Assembly: GCF_902652985.1 (NCBI RefSeq)
Contig: NC_047023.1
Location: forward strand, 21,390,001 to 21,454,000
DNA length: 64,000 nucleotides
Source of the DNA: Pecten maximus
Taxonomy: Eukaryota
Direction: 5' to 3'
A program made the position numbers and the translations under genes. The notes beneath the pieces were generated by a model. It was given only the letters and a program-made list of their open reading frames with translations. It was not told where the DNA came from and searched no databases. Position 1 is the first letter of the stretch; every line of letters starts with the position of its first letter. Shown here piece after piece: positions 23,811 through 35,802 of the stretch.

Positions 23811-25785
23811 ATGGTATATATATGTATAATGTACATTGCTCTCTGGTAATAGTTTTTTAAGCCCAAAGGGGAATAAATTTTAGAGTGCTTCTTTTAAATT
23901 TTTTTCATAAATTTGAAATAGGTGATAAATGGAGTTTTACACTCTTTTTACTGTAATGGCAGTGAATGCGGAAATTAGTTTAAAATAATTTAGTATGCCG
24001 ATCTCGTAAAGGCTCGTGACATTACAAGCTATTTAACTGGTTTAATAGAATGTGTGATACATACATTGACACGTAGGCAAGTTCCTGTACTCAATTTTAA
24101 AAATTAAAAAAAATGAAAAAATAAAATCTGATGCATGTTACGTATTCATTGATGAATATGATGAGGATTGTTACTGAATAGTTAAACTGTCATTTCGCCT
24201 GGTTTATTGTTGACAGGGTTGTATTGTAATGGAGATCAATCGTTAGAGGATGATAGATGTTTGGTGATTACAGTATACTTAACATACCTACCCATCACTT
24301 CTGTCCTACCAGCATGAACGTCAGTATTCCAAACAATTTTTAATTCTTATAAGATATGTAAATGTATATTACTTATTTAAATATGTATTGAACTGTATAA
24401 TACTGTTGGAGGTAGGTAAGTAAGTGTGTCATAACTCCCATGGACACTTAAGTGTAAAAATGTTAAGGTAGATTTTACTTATAGTAGTAAATATTTGTCC
24501 TTCAAGGACACTTTCTTGTCTTGAGTATAATTTAACGGAAGATATTGTAATAAAAATTCAGACAGATTACCCATTGTTAGGTCAATGACACCATTCAACA
24601 GCCGTTTGCTAGACTCATAGAGAAGGTAAAATTTCTAATCCATCCATCTCTTGACATTTCATTTTCAATTCTGGATGACTGACGAAAATATTCTTCAACT
24701 TATATACATCCAGTTATTTTGGGATCTTCATAGAAAAGTATATATTCAATCAAAAATAAAAGAAGACTTTCTTTGTCTGAGCCACGTTTAATTACAACTT
24801 TTAATAAAACTCAATACACTATAACATACCTGTATTAAATCACCTGGCATTGTGACATACGGGTCATTTTGAGAACTGTCATCCCAAGGTCAAGGTTACA
24901 GGCTGAGGTCAAAATTTGAAAATGATGTCTGTTTGAATTTGGCATCAACATATATATTGACTGAGTGTTATTTCAATACACTTTAGCTGCAATTAAAAAA
25001 AAAAAAACCTGAATTGATTTTGATAAAATATAGGAACATTCCATAGTCATTAGAGCCATTTTATGAAGTTATTTAAATTATTTGGCTCCTGTACCTGACA
25101 AGATCCTTAGTGATCAAGTTTGCTGAGATTTCAACAGTCTGCAAAATCAGTAATATCTGTCTTAATATCATATTACATATACTGTTGTTAATCTTGGTTT
25201 GGCATTAAAATTGAAAAAAAAGAATAAAAACAAAAACAAAATCCTGTTTACCTGGTACATATATAAATAATAAAAACAACTACACTGTATATCTAGGTGT
25301 CTAGCCTCTTGTTTACATATATTACGTCAACTTGCCGTACTTATATGAAAAATCTTATGAAGAATGGCTCAGAGTGTCGGGGTCCCAAGTGTAATTGAAG
25401 AGCAAGATGATAAGTAAGAAGACATAATATATCGATCATAAAATTTGTACTAACACAACAAAGTCTGGCAAGCAGTGCTTTTTATACATCCCCCTTAATG
25501 CTAATATCACAAACTGAGGACAAAGTTCAAAAAAGGTTTGCATAAAGAGATATTATATTCAACACAGAAGTAATTTCATCACATAATTTCAGGACTTATG
25601 TTCAAAGGTCGAAGATTGGTGTAATAAGGTTAAATGGTCAATAGCAATAGTTAGGTTCAATGGTCATTATCACAGTTTGAAGTAAGGTCAAAGTTCAAAA
25701 TCATGGTCAACCTAACTGTTCTTGTTGATTTTCAAGGAGACTTCAAAAACTGACTAAATGTTGATAAACTTTTTTAACACATACC

Positions 25786-27310
25786 TATGTAATCTAACAA
25801 TAGTGATACAAAAAATTTCGGTGGATGTTTTCTGTCGGTTTGTATCACACATGTGTGATACAAGATGTTGTATCACCATTCTAGCCGGAACTACTTTTAA
25901 GGGGAATTCCCTTTTCCATGAAACTAAAAATAGACAGTTCATTGGAAGAAATAAAGTGAAGCTGTATCTTACAACATTGATTAAAAATTATGAAAACATT
26001 TTTTTGAAATAAATGCATTTAATTACAAGTAAAAATCAATTACTTGAATATTTTAAATGTACGTTTATTTCTCTTGAATAAATATTGTCCTCCGACATTT
26101 CTGTCGTCTGCTAGTCTGTTTGATAGCTCATAGTCTATCATCATAACATGGAACATTATGACGTTAACTTTGAAATTCTTCATGATATTATATTTGATGA
26201 AGTGGTAACGAGGAATTTAATGAAAGATCAACGAAAACTCATGGAGGCAATTCAACTCACCAGAGGTCATTTGCGAACTTCTACAAAATGTCCCCGAAAC
26301 ATCTTTGTCAACAAAGTCTGTCCGATCGACAATTTCTCGTAGTGAAGTGGCAAAGAGAAATTCCAGAAATGAAAACGTGGTCGAACCAGTGAAAATTCAA
26401 TGCCAAGGTCATCTAGAGATTGTCAAAATCTTGCCACGGGAATGTTTTCTGGGGCAAATATTACTGGCGGCACATTTAACATTTCCTTTCAAATATCTTC
26501 CCAATCTTCCTCTCAAGTTATATCTCCTCCTAGGAAATATCGTAGAATCCTACCAATCACTGACTCTGACGATGACTCGGTGTGACATGTCGCTTGTTTA
26601 TGTGAATGAATTGCACGCGCTGTGATGTAGTCGCTCAACGACAGCACATTAGCTATATGTCTAGGTATGGAGAATGTGTTTGATGCCATCGATATATAGG
26701 TTTAAATTAATTTGATTTTTTTTACTATATCCATGCTTAACGAATGCTAAATCAAATTAAATTAAACAGTATTTGTAAATTTTGCTGCTTGAAGTAAACG
26801 ATGTTGTATTTTAAATCATAATTAAATGCTGAACACTTTCACTGACAGTTGGGAGAATTTATTAACATATAACGTTATCTGATTGCAAATAAATGATTTT
26901 GCATCAATTAGTGTTGTGATTTTCCTTTACATTATCAGTTTGAAAACAGAAAGGAGTTAATCAGTACAAAAATATTGATAAAGTGTAACTGGCTAGATCT
27001 GTCAACTAGGCCTACACTTTTAATCAGTTGGCGAATTTATGATGACGAGATGACGATTTTTTTTCTGCATTGAAAACGAAAATAATACATAGTGATGTGA
27101 CGTCACTTGAAACCGCAAATGGATTTCATAATTAAGGAAAGTTGTAATTAATAAAGGTATGTGATAAAAGCAAAACCACCCATATGTGTTTCTTGCGCGG
27201 AGGAAAAATATCACTCGTGTGCTCCGCACACTCGTGATATTTTCCTCCGCGCAAGAAACTCAGGCGATCCGACTCGACAGATCAACACATATGGGTGGTT
27301 TTGCTTATGT
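25786..27310 (+). mobile_element. Internally deleted, non-autonomous Crypton-like (tyrosine-recombinase DNA transposon) element
   Basis: CpG-rich block; left-end GTGATACAA/TTGTATCAC palindromes; right-end long hairpin with CACTCGTG..CACTCGTGATATTT motif; ORF remnants resembling N- and C-termini of Crypton/KIAA1958-like proteins; candidate 5-bp terminal direct repeat TATGT. Family assignment is from recalled motifs, not a search. Confidence 0.55.
26148..26585 (+). pseudogene. Frameshifted N- and C-terminal remnants of a Crypton-type tyrosine recombinase ORF (catalytic core absent)
   Basis: MEHYDVNFEILHDIIFDEV... and ...GMFSGANITGGTFNISFQ...PPRKYRRILPITDSDDDSV*; the F-x-G-x-x-I-x-GG-x-F-x-I plus basic/acidic tail is typical of these proteins; stops between the two parts. 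Confidence 0.5.
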
Positions 27311-27350
27311 CCACATGTTGTCTGTATGGACTCCATTCCATTGATATCTA

Positions 27351-27519
27351 CAGGGCTTTTGCTGAGGGCTTTCTGGGGCTGTTAATGGGCCCCATTCCCA
27401 GTTGAAATTATTTCATTTTAAAGCCATTTTACTCCTGATAAAATCTTTCCCAAATCACCAATTTTCTTCCCAAAATGAGACAAAATGTACCCTTCCTAAA
27501 CCAGTAAGAAAACAACCTG
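27351..27519. mobile_element. Degraded hAT-like MITE
   Basis: Ends CAGGGCTTTT ... GAAAACAACCTG (imperfect TIR); internal repeated TTCCCA motifs. Confidence 0.35.
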
Positions 27520-28030
27520 TAATTCTATAGTTTGTTAGTGAAGGTTGATTTTCATTCTCTCTTTCAGGGGGTAATAAACCTGATGATCAGAATATAATTT
27601 TACATCTATCTTTCTTTTTTCTTTTTTTTTTTCCAAATTTGATGGGAAAAGTGTTTCAAATTGAACAATTTTGTGTTTCTTTGCATTTCTATACTAGAAC
27701 TCCAACAAAGGCAGATGTGAGTGTTTTAGATGATTTATGAAGTGTTATGATGTTAGATTTGATGACGGTCCCTGTACATGCAGCACATAATATATTAAGG
27801 TGGGAGGTAAAGCGTTGTTAAGTTAGAGAACAATGACATTGCATACCGGATACACACAAGTTCAAAGGTCATGTTACATTGTATTAAAAGTACATACAGG
27901 TATGTATGGTTAAAGTGACGCTTTCCTCCTATGTCTGCATATCGGGTCCCAAAACTTTGAAGGTTTTTGGGAATAATTTCTGTTTTAAGCATGCAGGTCA
28001 AAAGGATGCTTTCTACATCCCTACTGTTTG

Positions 28031-28433
28031 GTAGTTACCATGACTATTGGTCTATATATAGTTACCATGACTATTGGTCTATGTATAGTTACCATGACTA
28101 TTGGTCTATATATAGTTACCATGACTATTGGTCTATGTATAGTTACCATGACTATTGGTCTATGTATAGTTACCATGACTATTGGTCTATGTATAGTTAC
28201 CATGACTATTGGTCTATGTATAGTTACCATGACTATTGGTCTATGTATAGTTACCATGACTATTGGTCTATGTATAGTTACCATGACTATTGGTTTATGT
28301 ATAGTTACCATGACTATTGGTCTATGTATAGTTACCATGACTATTGGTTTATGTATAGCTACCATGACTATTGGTCTATGTATATTTACCATCACTCTTG
28401 GTCTATGTATAGTTACCATCACTATTGATCTAT
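28031..28433. repeat. 27-bp minisatellite (TAGTTACCATGACTATTGGTCTATGTA)n, ~15 copies
   Basis: 9-aa periodic ORFs in three frames. Confidence 0.96.
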
Positions 28434-29599
28434 GAGTGATGCAACTATAGTTTAATTTTGATTTTTGCTCCAAATTTGACCATTTTTTTTAGATTAAAAA
28501 CCCTAAAAAATTTGGAGGTAGGTTTTTGAAAGGCTTCCAAGAACATACCCAGTTTTGAAAGAAGAAGATATTTATATGATGCAATGAAAAGTGGTACTTG
28601 AACATATTTACTGAGAATTTTTTTTTCTGATTTTTACCATAATTTGGATTTTAACCACTGGACATATAAGACTTAATGTGTTTAGATTACTTTTTGATTT
28701 TTGTTTCAACTACACTTACATATATCTAGTGTTTGTGTGTTAATTTGGGATTATTTAGGTTTTATATTCTAAGTTCTAAAACTGAAGTGTAAACACTTGA
28801 TGATGACTCCCATTGGTGAGCTTGGCGATCATTGATTCACCATGTTGACAATATTTTGTTGCATTGTTCAAGAAATATTTCATCAAAATATTCCTGTGGT
28901 CCATTGAAGCTCAAACTGCGTGAGGGATCCATTGTTGTCATTCATTAGTTTCTTGTTTCTTTTCAGGAGAAAGGTTAAAATCGTTGTTATATAATCTATA
29001 AATATAAAATTTCCTTCTTTTAAAGCAACTTCTCATGTGCTAAGTTCCCTTTGACCATTCCTACTTTATACTGATAGTGCTTATTTTGGAGAAAATTTTT
29101 TACAGGTCTGAAGGTCAAAGATCGCACAATAACTTGTGTTTCCTTGAGCTAGTTGAACTTATTTGTCCATGCATGTGACACATCTACTTTGATAAAATCC
29201 ATTTTTGTTGAATTTTTGGTAATTTTCATGCCGCCTCTGACAAAGTGGTTGTAGGCGTGTATAACATTACCATCTGTCCACAAAGATTAGGTTCACAGTC
29301 CATTCCTCTATAGTGATGGGAAGCTGATATTTTGCATTAATGCTCCATCGGGATTAAACATTACCTAGTGTACAGTCAAACTGGAAATTGAAGCACTTTT
29401 TTCTCAAGCTGTGACGTATTCTAAACTGTGGCTGAAACTCCATTTTCTGTCAATGCGGGAGCTAAGAGCATACAACGCCTCACATTTACTGTTTTAAATG
29501 GGAGCTATTTCAACACATAATGGTCCTGTGGAAACAGTGCTTATTTTTGAATATACAGCCATCAGTAGATATTCAGGTAAAACAAATTGGTAAAACAAC

Positions 29600-29861
29600 T
29601 GTTAGCTAGGTCTAGAAAAATGTGTAGCTTCAGTTAGTCTAGAAAAATGTGTAGCTTGATTCAGTTAGTGTACAGAAAAATGTGTAGCTGCAGTTAGTCT
29701 ACAGAAAAATGTGTAGCTTCAGTTAGTCTACAGAAAAATGTGTAGCTTGATTCAGTTAGTCTACAGAAAAATGTGTAGCTGCAGTTAGTCTAGAAAAACG
29801 TGAAGCTTCAGTTAGTCTAAAAAACATAGCTTCAGTTAGTCTAGAAAAACATGTAGCTTCA
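29600..29861. repeat. Irregular ~27-34-bp tandem repeat (CAGTTAGTCTAGAAAAATGTGTAGCTT), ~9 copies
   Basis: Direct reading. Confidence 0.9.
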
Positions 29862-30237
29862 ATTTAGTAGATTTATGGTGTTAAGCTATCAAAAAGAAGG
29901 TCTTAAATGTACTCACTTTGACTTGAAAATTTCAACAGACATTCTCCCCGTAAAACTAACAGTATTGTATATTATAAACTTAATGCAAAATGGTTTTAAA
30001 TAGAAAAAAAAAGAATTGTGTATATGTCACCTTCAAATCATCTAATCGCACCATGTTAGTTCAAGAAATAGTTACATTGTATTTGTTTTTTTAGGTACAG
30101 TTGAATCATTGCAGGATATAGAGATTTCACCATCAGTGTTTTAAAATATGTATTTAATTAGACTTAATTATGATGAAAGAAAAAAGGGTTTCCAGTTTTC
30201 TTTACCGGTATCAGTCATGCTATGTTTCTGATAAACC

Positions 30238-30468
30238 TCAGATAAGATGAAAGCTTCCAGATAGAACATGGTCATAACAATGGATTCTAATTAGTGTATT
30301 CCACTCAACAAGGCATTGTTTCTTACCTGGGCAGGTGTGGTGAGAAGAGTAGTAGGAGTTAGCATGCCCCTTTGATGTATAGATACTAGGATAGTTATAT
30401 ACACCTTGGGAATGCGTTGTACTTGCAGTGTGCCTTGACATGTATTTTGGAAGCTCTTCAATTCTCAA
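30238..30468 (-). pseudogene. Possible degraded 3' end of a CR1/L2-group LINE ORF2
   Basis: STTHSQGVYNYPSIYTSKGHANSYYS...LVEWNTL resembles the conserved TRxxH..Y..P....SFF...xWNxL terminus. Confidence 0.35.
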
Positions 30469-31624
30469 TAGGTACCGAGTTGTATTTAATGAAATGCTGG
30501 GCTGTTGTGTTAGTGAGACAGTGTTGATGTGTACAGTGTTGTACTTAACCTTCTATATATAGCAGAGCAGAGATATAGTAAGCTTGTTGATATAAATATA
30601 CATTTATTTTCAGCTGATCTATTGTAGTATTGTATATAGACACGGGGAATTCCTAGTCCATTCACAAACTACATAAATAACCAACAGAATTAACCCTGGA
30701 GTAGAAATCATTTTATCTCTTCCCAGGATTGTTGTGGCCTTCTGATTAAGATGAAGGCTAGTACATTAGAGCAAACAATGTCACCAAGGGTTACTTAGCT
30801 GTCACCAAGGGTTACATAGCTGTTGTAGCAGAATCCTAGATTTACACTTTGTCAATAAAAATCTGTTGTCGGGTCATATATTCTTGTTAAAAAAAATGAA
30901 AAATTTGTTTTCTTAATTTTCAACCAGGGAAGAGAATGATTAAAAGTAGAATAGTTCAAGGTAACACGTAATTAATTATCAGGAGTAAAAACCTGTTCTG
31001 TCACCTGGCTAGGTGTCTGTTAATCAAGGACAGACAAGAGCATTATGATAAAAAAGATTCCTAGGTCAAGGGCAAGATGGATGATAAAGCCAAACAAAAC
31101 CTAACATTCTATATAATTTCCCCACAATATACTTAGAAGTATTTAATTATAATACCAAACTTTTGAGAAATTTGTTTTTCTTTAGAAGCATACAAATGTA
31201 TGCATGTACTTTCACTGAGGTGCAAAGATGACAGGAGATTGCACTTAGGTATATAATAAAATTATAGACTAGATAAAACTCAAAATAAAGTAAAACTCTG
31301 ACTCAAGGATATAATACAATTATAGAATAGATAAACCCTATATAAACTAAATCTCTTACTCAAGGATATCTCCGAGATAAGGAATGACCAAAGATTTGTC
31401 TGTATTACTGGGATTTTACCTTAAACTAGTTTAATGCCAAATAATTGATTTTATGCATCCAATTAAACCGTGTGTTTGTCACCAGACCACTAGTATATGT
31501 CACAATATTACTTTAATATGTCATGTGTTGACTAGTTATGTCACAAGTTGACTAGTATATAAGATAGATATCCATGATAGATGTCCAGTAAGTATATGTT
31601 CATTATTATTTATTTTTTTTGTAG

Positions 31625-31711
31625 ATTCCGCAGTGACCTTGCAAGTGACCTTGACCATTTGTTCCTAGAAACCTGACATATCCCGTCAAGTTCCTGCACA
31701 CTTACAACAAA
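31625..31711 (+). other. Candidate 87-nt non-coding exon
   Basis: Strong acceptor TTATTTTTTTTGTAG| and donor AAA|GTGAGT; stop codons in all three frames. Confidence 0.4.
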
Positions 31712-32173
31712 GTGAGTACATTTTATCTCAAACAATTTTATTGCTAAATAAGAAGTATTGATGTACTGGCTTCATCTATATGACGGTCGAAGTCAGATAC
31801 ATATATAATTATATACAGACATCTTAATTCTCTACTGTACCACCAGAGGGCAGTAGGGGTTTGGACTGTGTCCGAATCACCTGTATGATTTCCCCTGGAG
31901 GTACTGACTGTATACAAGTACACCTTGGTATGCCAGAAGTTGTAAACAATGTAAGTCAAATATGCATCTGACCTCTAGTTACTGACTCCAGGAGTAATAG
32001 ATCTAAATAAGTTGTTTTAAACCTTTGGACAGTATTTTACTGAATGTACATTCCTTGTGATTATTTCTTCCTATTAATTATGCATTCTAATTAATTAACA
32101 CTTATAACTTATGTATTTCCTCTAGAAATGTGAGATACATGTTTGTAAAAATAGTGCTCATGATCGATGCTTT

Positions 32174-32326
32174 AGACCTGTTTCATCAACGTAACTTTAC
32201 ATGAGGAAATTCCTTACATTTCCACAGGAAAACTTAAGTTGATTAAAGAAAACCTCTTAATAAATTAGCAAAGGGATTTTCCTTAAATTCTGCAATGTTT
32301 TCCTATGGGAAACTGCACAGGCCTGG
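32174..32326. mobile_element. Degraded MITE relic
   Basis: Imperfect terminal inverted repeats AGACCTGT ... ACAGGCCT; internal AAGGA/TCCTTA palindromic blocks. Confidence 0.3.
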
Positions 32327-33169
32327 AAGTTGTATCCTTGTGGTACCAAAGTTGTTATATGGGTGTACTTGTCCCTGGAAATGGATCCAAAGTTACCATG
32401 TTTTTTTTAGACTTGCTACATTTATTTAATGGCTTAATTTAATGACAAATGTAAATTGTCATGGAATCCTGAACTTTCTGAACTCTCCTGAAAAGGTAAA
32501 TGTTGTTATTATTCTGGCCAAGTTGTTTGTAGGAATGTCTGCTGACAGTTTGATGGTCAACCGAAGTTTGTGGGTCAGACGAAGCACATGTACCTAAGGA
32601 GGAATCCGTCATTTTTTATCTGGTCATTGCTGTCACCTGTTAATGGCAAAGTGTGCTATTTATAGCACTGGTACAAAAGTAGAAACATGTTAACTGTTTT
32701 GACAAACTGGACCTTGACCGCTATAAGTGTAATAAGGTGGTGTGTCCAAATCGCAATGGGCCAAGAACCTTGTGGATCTCATCTATGTAGTGGTGGTATC
32801 CTTTTCTTAAAAACAATTTCTCTAGAACAAGTGAACAGCTTTTGACTAAATTTTACCCCTGGAGGGAATGCCGTTCAAGGCTACACTTGTTGTATGAATA
32901 GAGGATATGTCCTCCAATCCTCAGCCTGAGGTCAGAGTTGCATGGCCCAATGGTGAAATATTGGGCTTAAAATAAATTATCATCAATGGGCCAAAACAAA
33001 CGGATCATAATTGGCTCTAAGGATCTCTAAATTCAAGACCTGCACTAGAAGTGATCTACCTGGTAACTGTTTGTAAGTTCGTGCTCCAGGGTTTTAGGTC
33101 AAGGTCAAGGTCACTGTTACTATTTAGCAGAGGTCGGTAGGGACATGCATTGCTTGAGCAAAACCAAGC

Positions 33170-33885
33170 ATATCATATCAGGCCGAGGAGGTCCAACCCT
33201 GTCATCAAAAAGGAATGTCCCTTCCCTTACCCATAATTCCTATCATATCGGGCCGAGGAGGTCCAACCCTGTCATAAAAAAGGGATGTCCCTTCCCTTAC
33301 CCATAATTCCTATCATATCAGGCCGAGGAGGTCCAACCCTATCATCCGAAAATGGTGTCCCTTCCCTTACCCATAATTCCTATCATATCAGGCCGAGAAG
33401 GTCCAACCCTATCATCAAAAAGGGATGTCCCTTCCCTTACCCATAATTCCTATCATATCAGGCCGAGGAGGTCCAACCCTATCATCAAAAAGGGATGTCC
33501 CTTCCCTTACCCATAATTCCTATCATATCAGGCCGAGGAGGTCCAACCCTGTCATCAAAAAGGGATGTCCCTTCCCTTACCCATAATTCCTATCATATCA
33601 GGCCGAGAAGGTCCAACCCTATCATCAAAAAGAGATGTCCCTTCCCTTACCCATAATTCCTATCATATCAGGCCGAGGAGGTCCAACCCTATCATCAGAA
33701 AATGGTGTCCCTTCCCTTACCCATAATTGCTATCATATCAGGCCGAGGAGGTCCAACCCCGTCATCAAAAAGGGATGTCCCTTCCCTTACCCATAATTGC
33801 TATCAAATCAGGCCAAAAAGGTCCAGCCCTAAAATCGTAAAAGGATGTCCATTCCCTTACACATAATTCCTATCATATTGGGCCA
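33170..33885. repeat. 70-bp minisatellite, ~10 copies
   Basis: GGCCGAGGAGGTCCAACCC at 33181, 33251, 33321, ... Confidence 0.96.
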
Positions 33886-34282
33886 ATATATGGTCATACA
33901 TTGTTGCCATGACGTCATGTCATTGTTTTAACTGGGAAATCCCTCGGCTCTGCCTGAGGGGGAGACAAGTATTAATGCATGAGCAAAAGTGTGAATACAT
34001 CTCAAGTCATTGACTACACCTGATGCCTTGTGACAGAGAAAGTGGTGACACATTGCTGGTCCTAGCATGACAAGTAGAGGCATAAATTAGAAATAAATAC
34101 AAACATCATAGAACCAGTCTGTCAAGATGACAATCACAGAACTAGGAACTTGATGTATGATTAAAATAAAAACACAAAACATACCAAACATGCAAGGTTG
34201 ATGACAAGTGATGAAAAGAAAAGAAACTTGAGGTCTCGCATGTTAAAGACAGAGAGGAACTTTGAACAAATCACTTTAGGTA

Positions 34283-35101
34283 GAGCATACACATGGATTC
34301 ACTGTAGTTATAGAACACATGGATTCACTGTAGTTATAGAACACACATGGATTCACTGTAGTTATAGAACACACATGGATTCACTCTAGCTATAGAACAC
34401 ACATGGATTCACTATAAAAATGGAACACATGGATTCACTGTAGTTATAGAACACACATAGATTCACTGTAGCTATAGAACACACATGGATTCACTGTAGT
34501 TATAGAACACACATGGATTCACTGTAGTTATAGAACACACATGGATTCACTGTAGTTATAGAACATACATGGATTCACTGTAGCTATAGAACACACATGG
34601 ATTCACTGTAGTTATAGAACACACATGAATTCACTGTAGCTATATAGAACACACATGGATTCACTGTAGCTGTAGAACACACATGGAATCACTGTAGTTA
34701 TAGAACACACATGGATTCACTGTAGCTATAGAACACACATTGATTCACTGTAGCTATAGAACACACATGGATTCACCGTAGCTGTAGAACACACATGGAT
34801 TCACTGTAGCTATAGAACACACATGGATTCACTGTAGTTATAGAACACACATGGATTCACTGTAGCTATAGAACACACATGGATTCACTGTAGCTGTAGA
34901 ACACACATGAATTCACTGTAGTTATAGAACACACATGGATTCACTGTAGTTATAGAACACACATGGATTCACTGTAGCTATAGAACACACATGGATTCAC
35001 TGTAGTTATAGAACACACATGGATTCACTGTAGCTATAGAACACACATGGATTCACTGTAGCTATAGAACACACATGGATTCACTATAAATGTGGAACAC
35101 A
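34283..35101. repeat. 28-bp minisatellite (GAACACACATGGATTCACTGTAGTTATA)n, ~29 copies
   Basis: Period 28 (34505, 34533). Confidence 0.96.
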
Positions 35102-35497
35102 ATGATTAATTTAGATAAAATGTCTTAAGATGTGTAAAATATTTTAAGAAGTATGCTCTAAAATGTTTTGATTTTTTTTTTTATAAAAGTTGCACACCTT
35201 ACCTTTACTGATTTCACTAAAACTATTGAAATATTAAACATTCACATGATACTCAGACAATAAACGGAAAGATGAAAATTATGATGTATAGTTATGAGGG
35301 GTGTGGTGATCATTGATATTAGCTCTATCTAACGACACATGTTGTACACTATTGCTGATTGCCATGGTGATTTTGTGTTGACAGCTACATAAGTGATAGC
35401 AAATCTCCATGTTAATATCAGGACATGGTGGAGGTATGTTAGCAGTATTTTTGGACTGTCAGTGAAATATGGTGGGGCAGACTTTAACTGTTGCTGG

Positions 35498-35684
35498 CTA
35501 TGGGGTTGAGGGACTGTGGGGTGGAGGGACTGTGGGGTTGAGGGACTGTGCTACTGTGTGGTTGGGTGGTGGTGGTGGTGGTGGTGGTGGCAGGGGGGGG
35601 GGGGGGGGGGGGGGGGTTAAGTGTTTGGGGTTGAACTGTGGGGTAGGGGGCTGTGGGATTTGGGGACTGTGGGACTTAGTAGAT

Positions 35685-35716
<32 letters not shown>

Positions 35717-35802
35717 GTGACGTTGTGGGGCTATCGGGTTAGGGGCTTAAGGGTTGAGGGCTTTTGGGCTTAAGGGTTGAGGGCTTTGGGTTGGGGGGGG
35801 GG
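35498..35802 (+). repeat. G-rich low-complexity tract with two poly-G runs longer than 20 nt
   Basis: G runs near 35593-35616 and 35685-35714; GGGACTGTGGG motifs. Confidence 0.85.

Noticed and set aside
26241-26282. AIQLTRGHLRTS as the tyrosine-recombinase box II (TGH...Y)
   Set aside because: No catalytic tyrosine follows, the spacing is off, and the frame is probably not the ancestral one
35735-35790. Interstitial telomeric (TTAGGG)n
   Set aside because: Only one exact TTAGGG among irregular G-rich motifs
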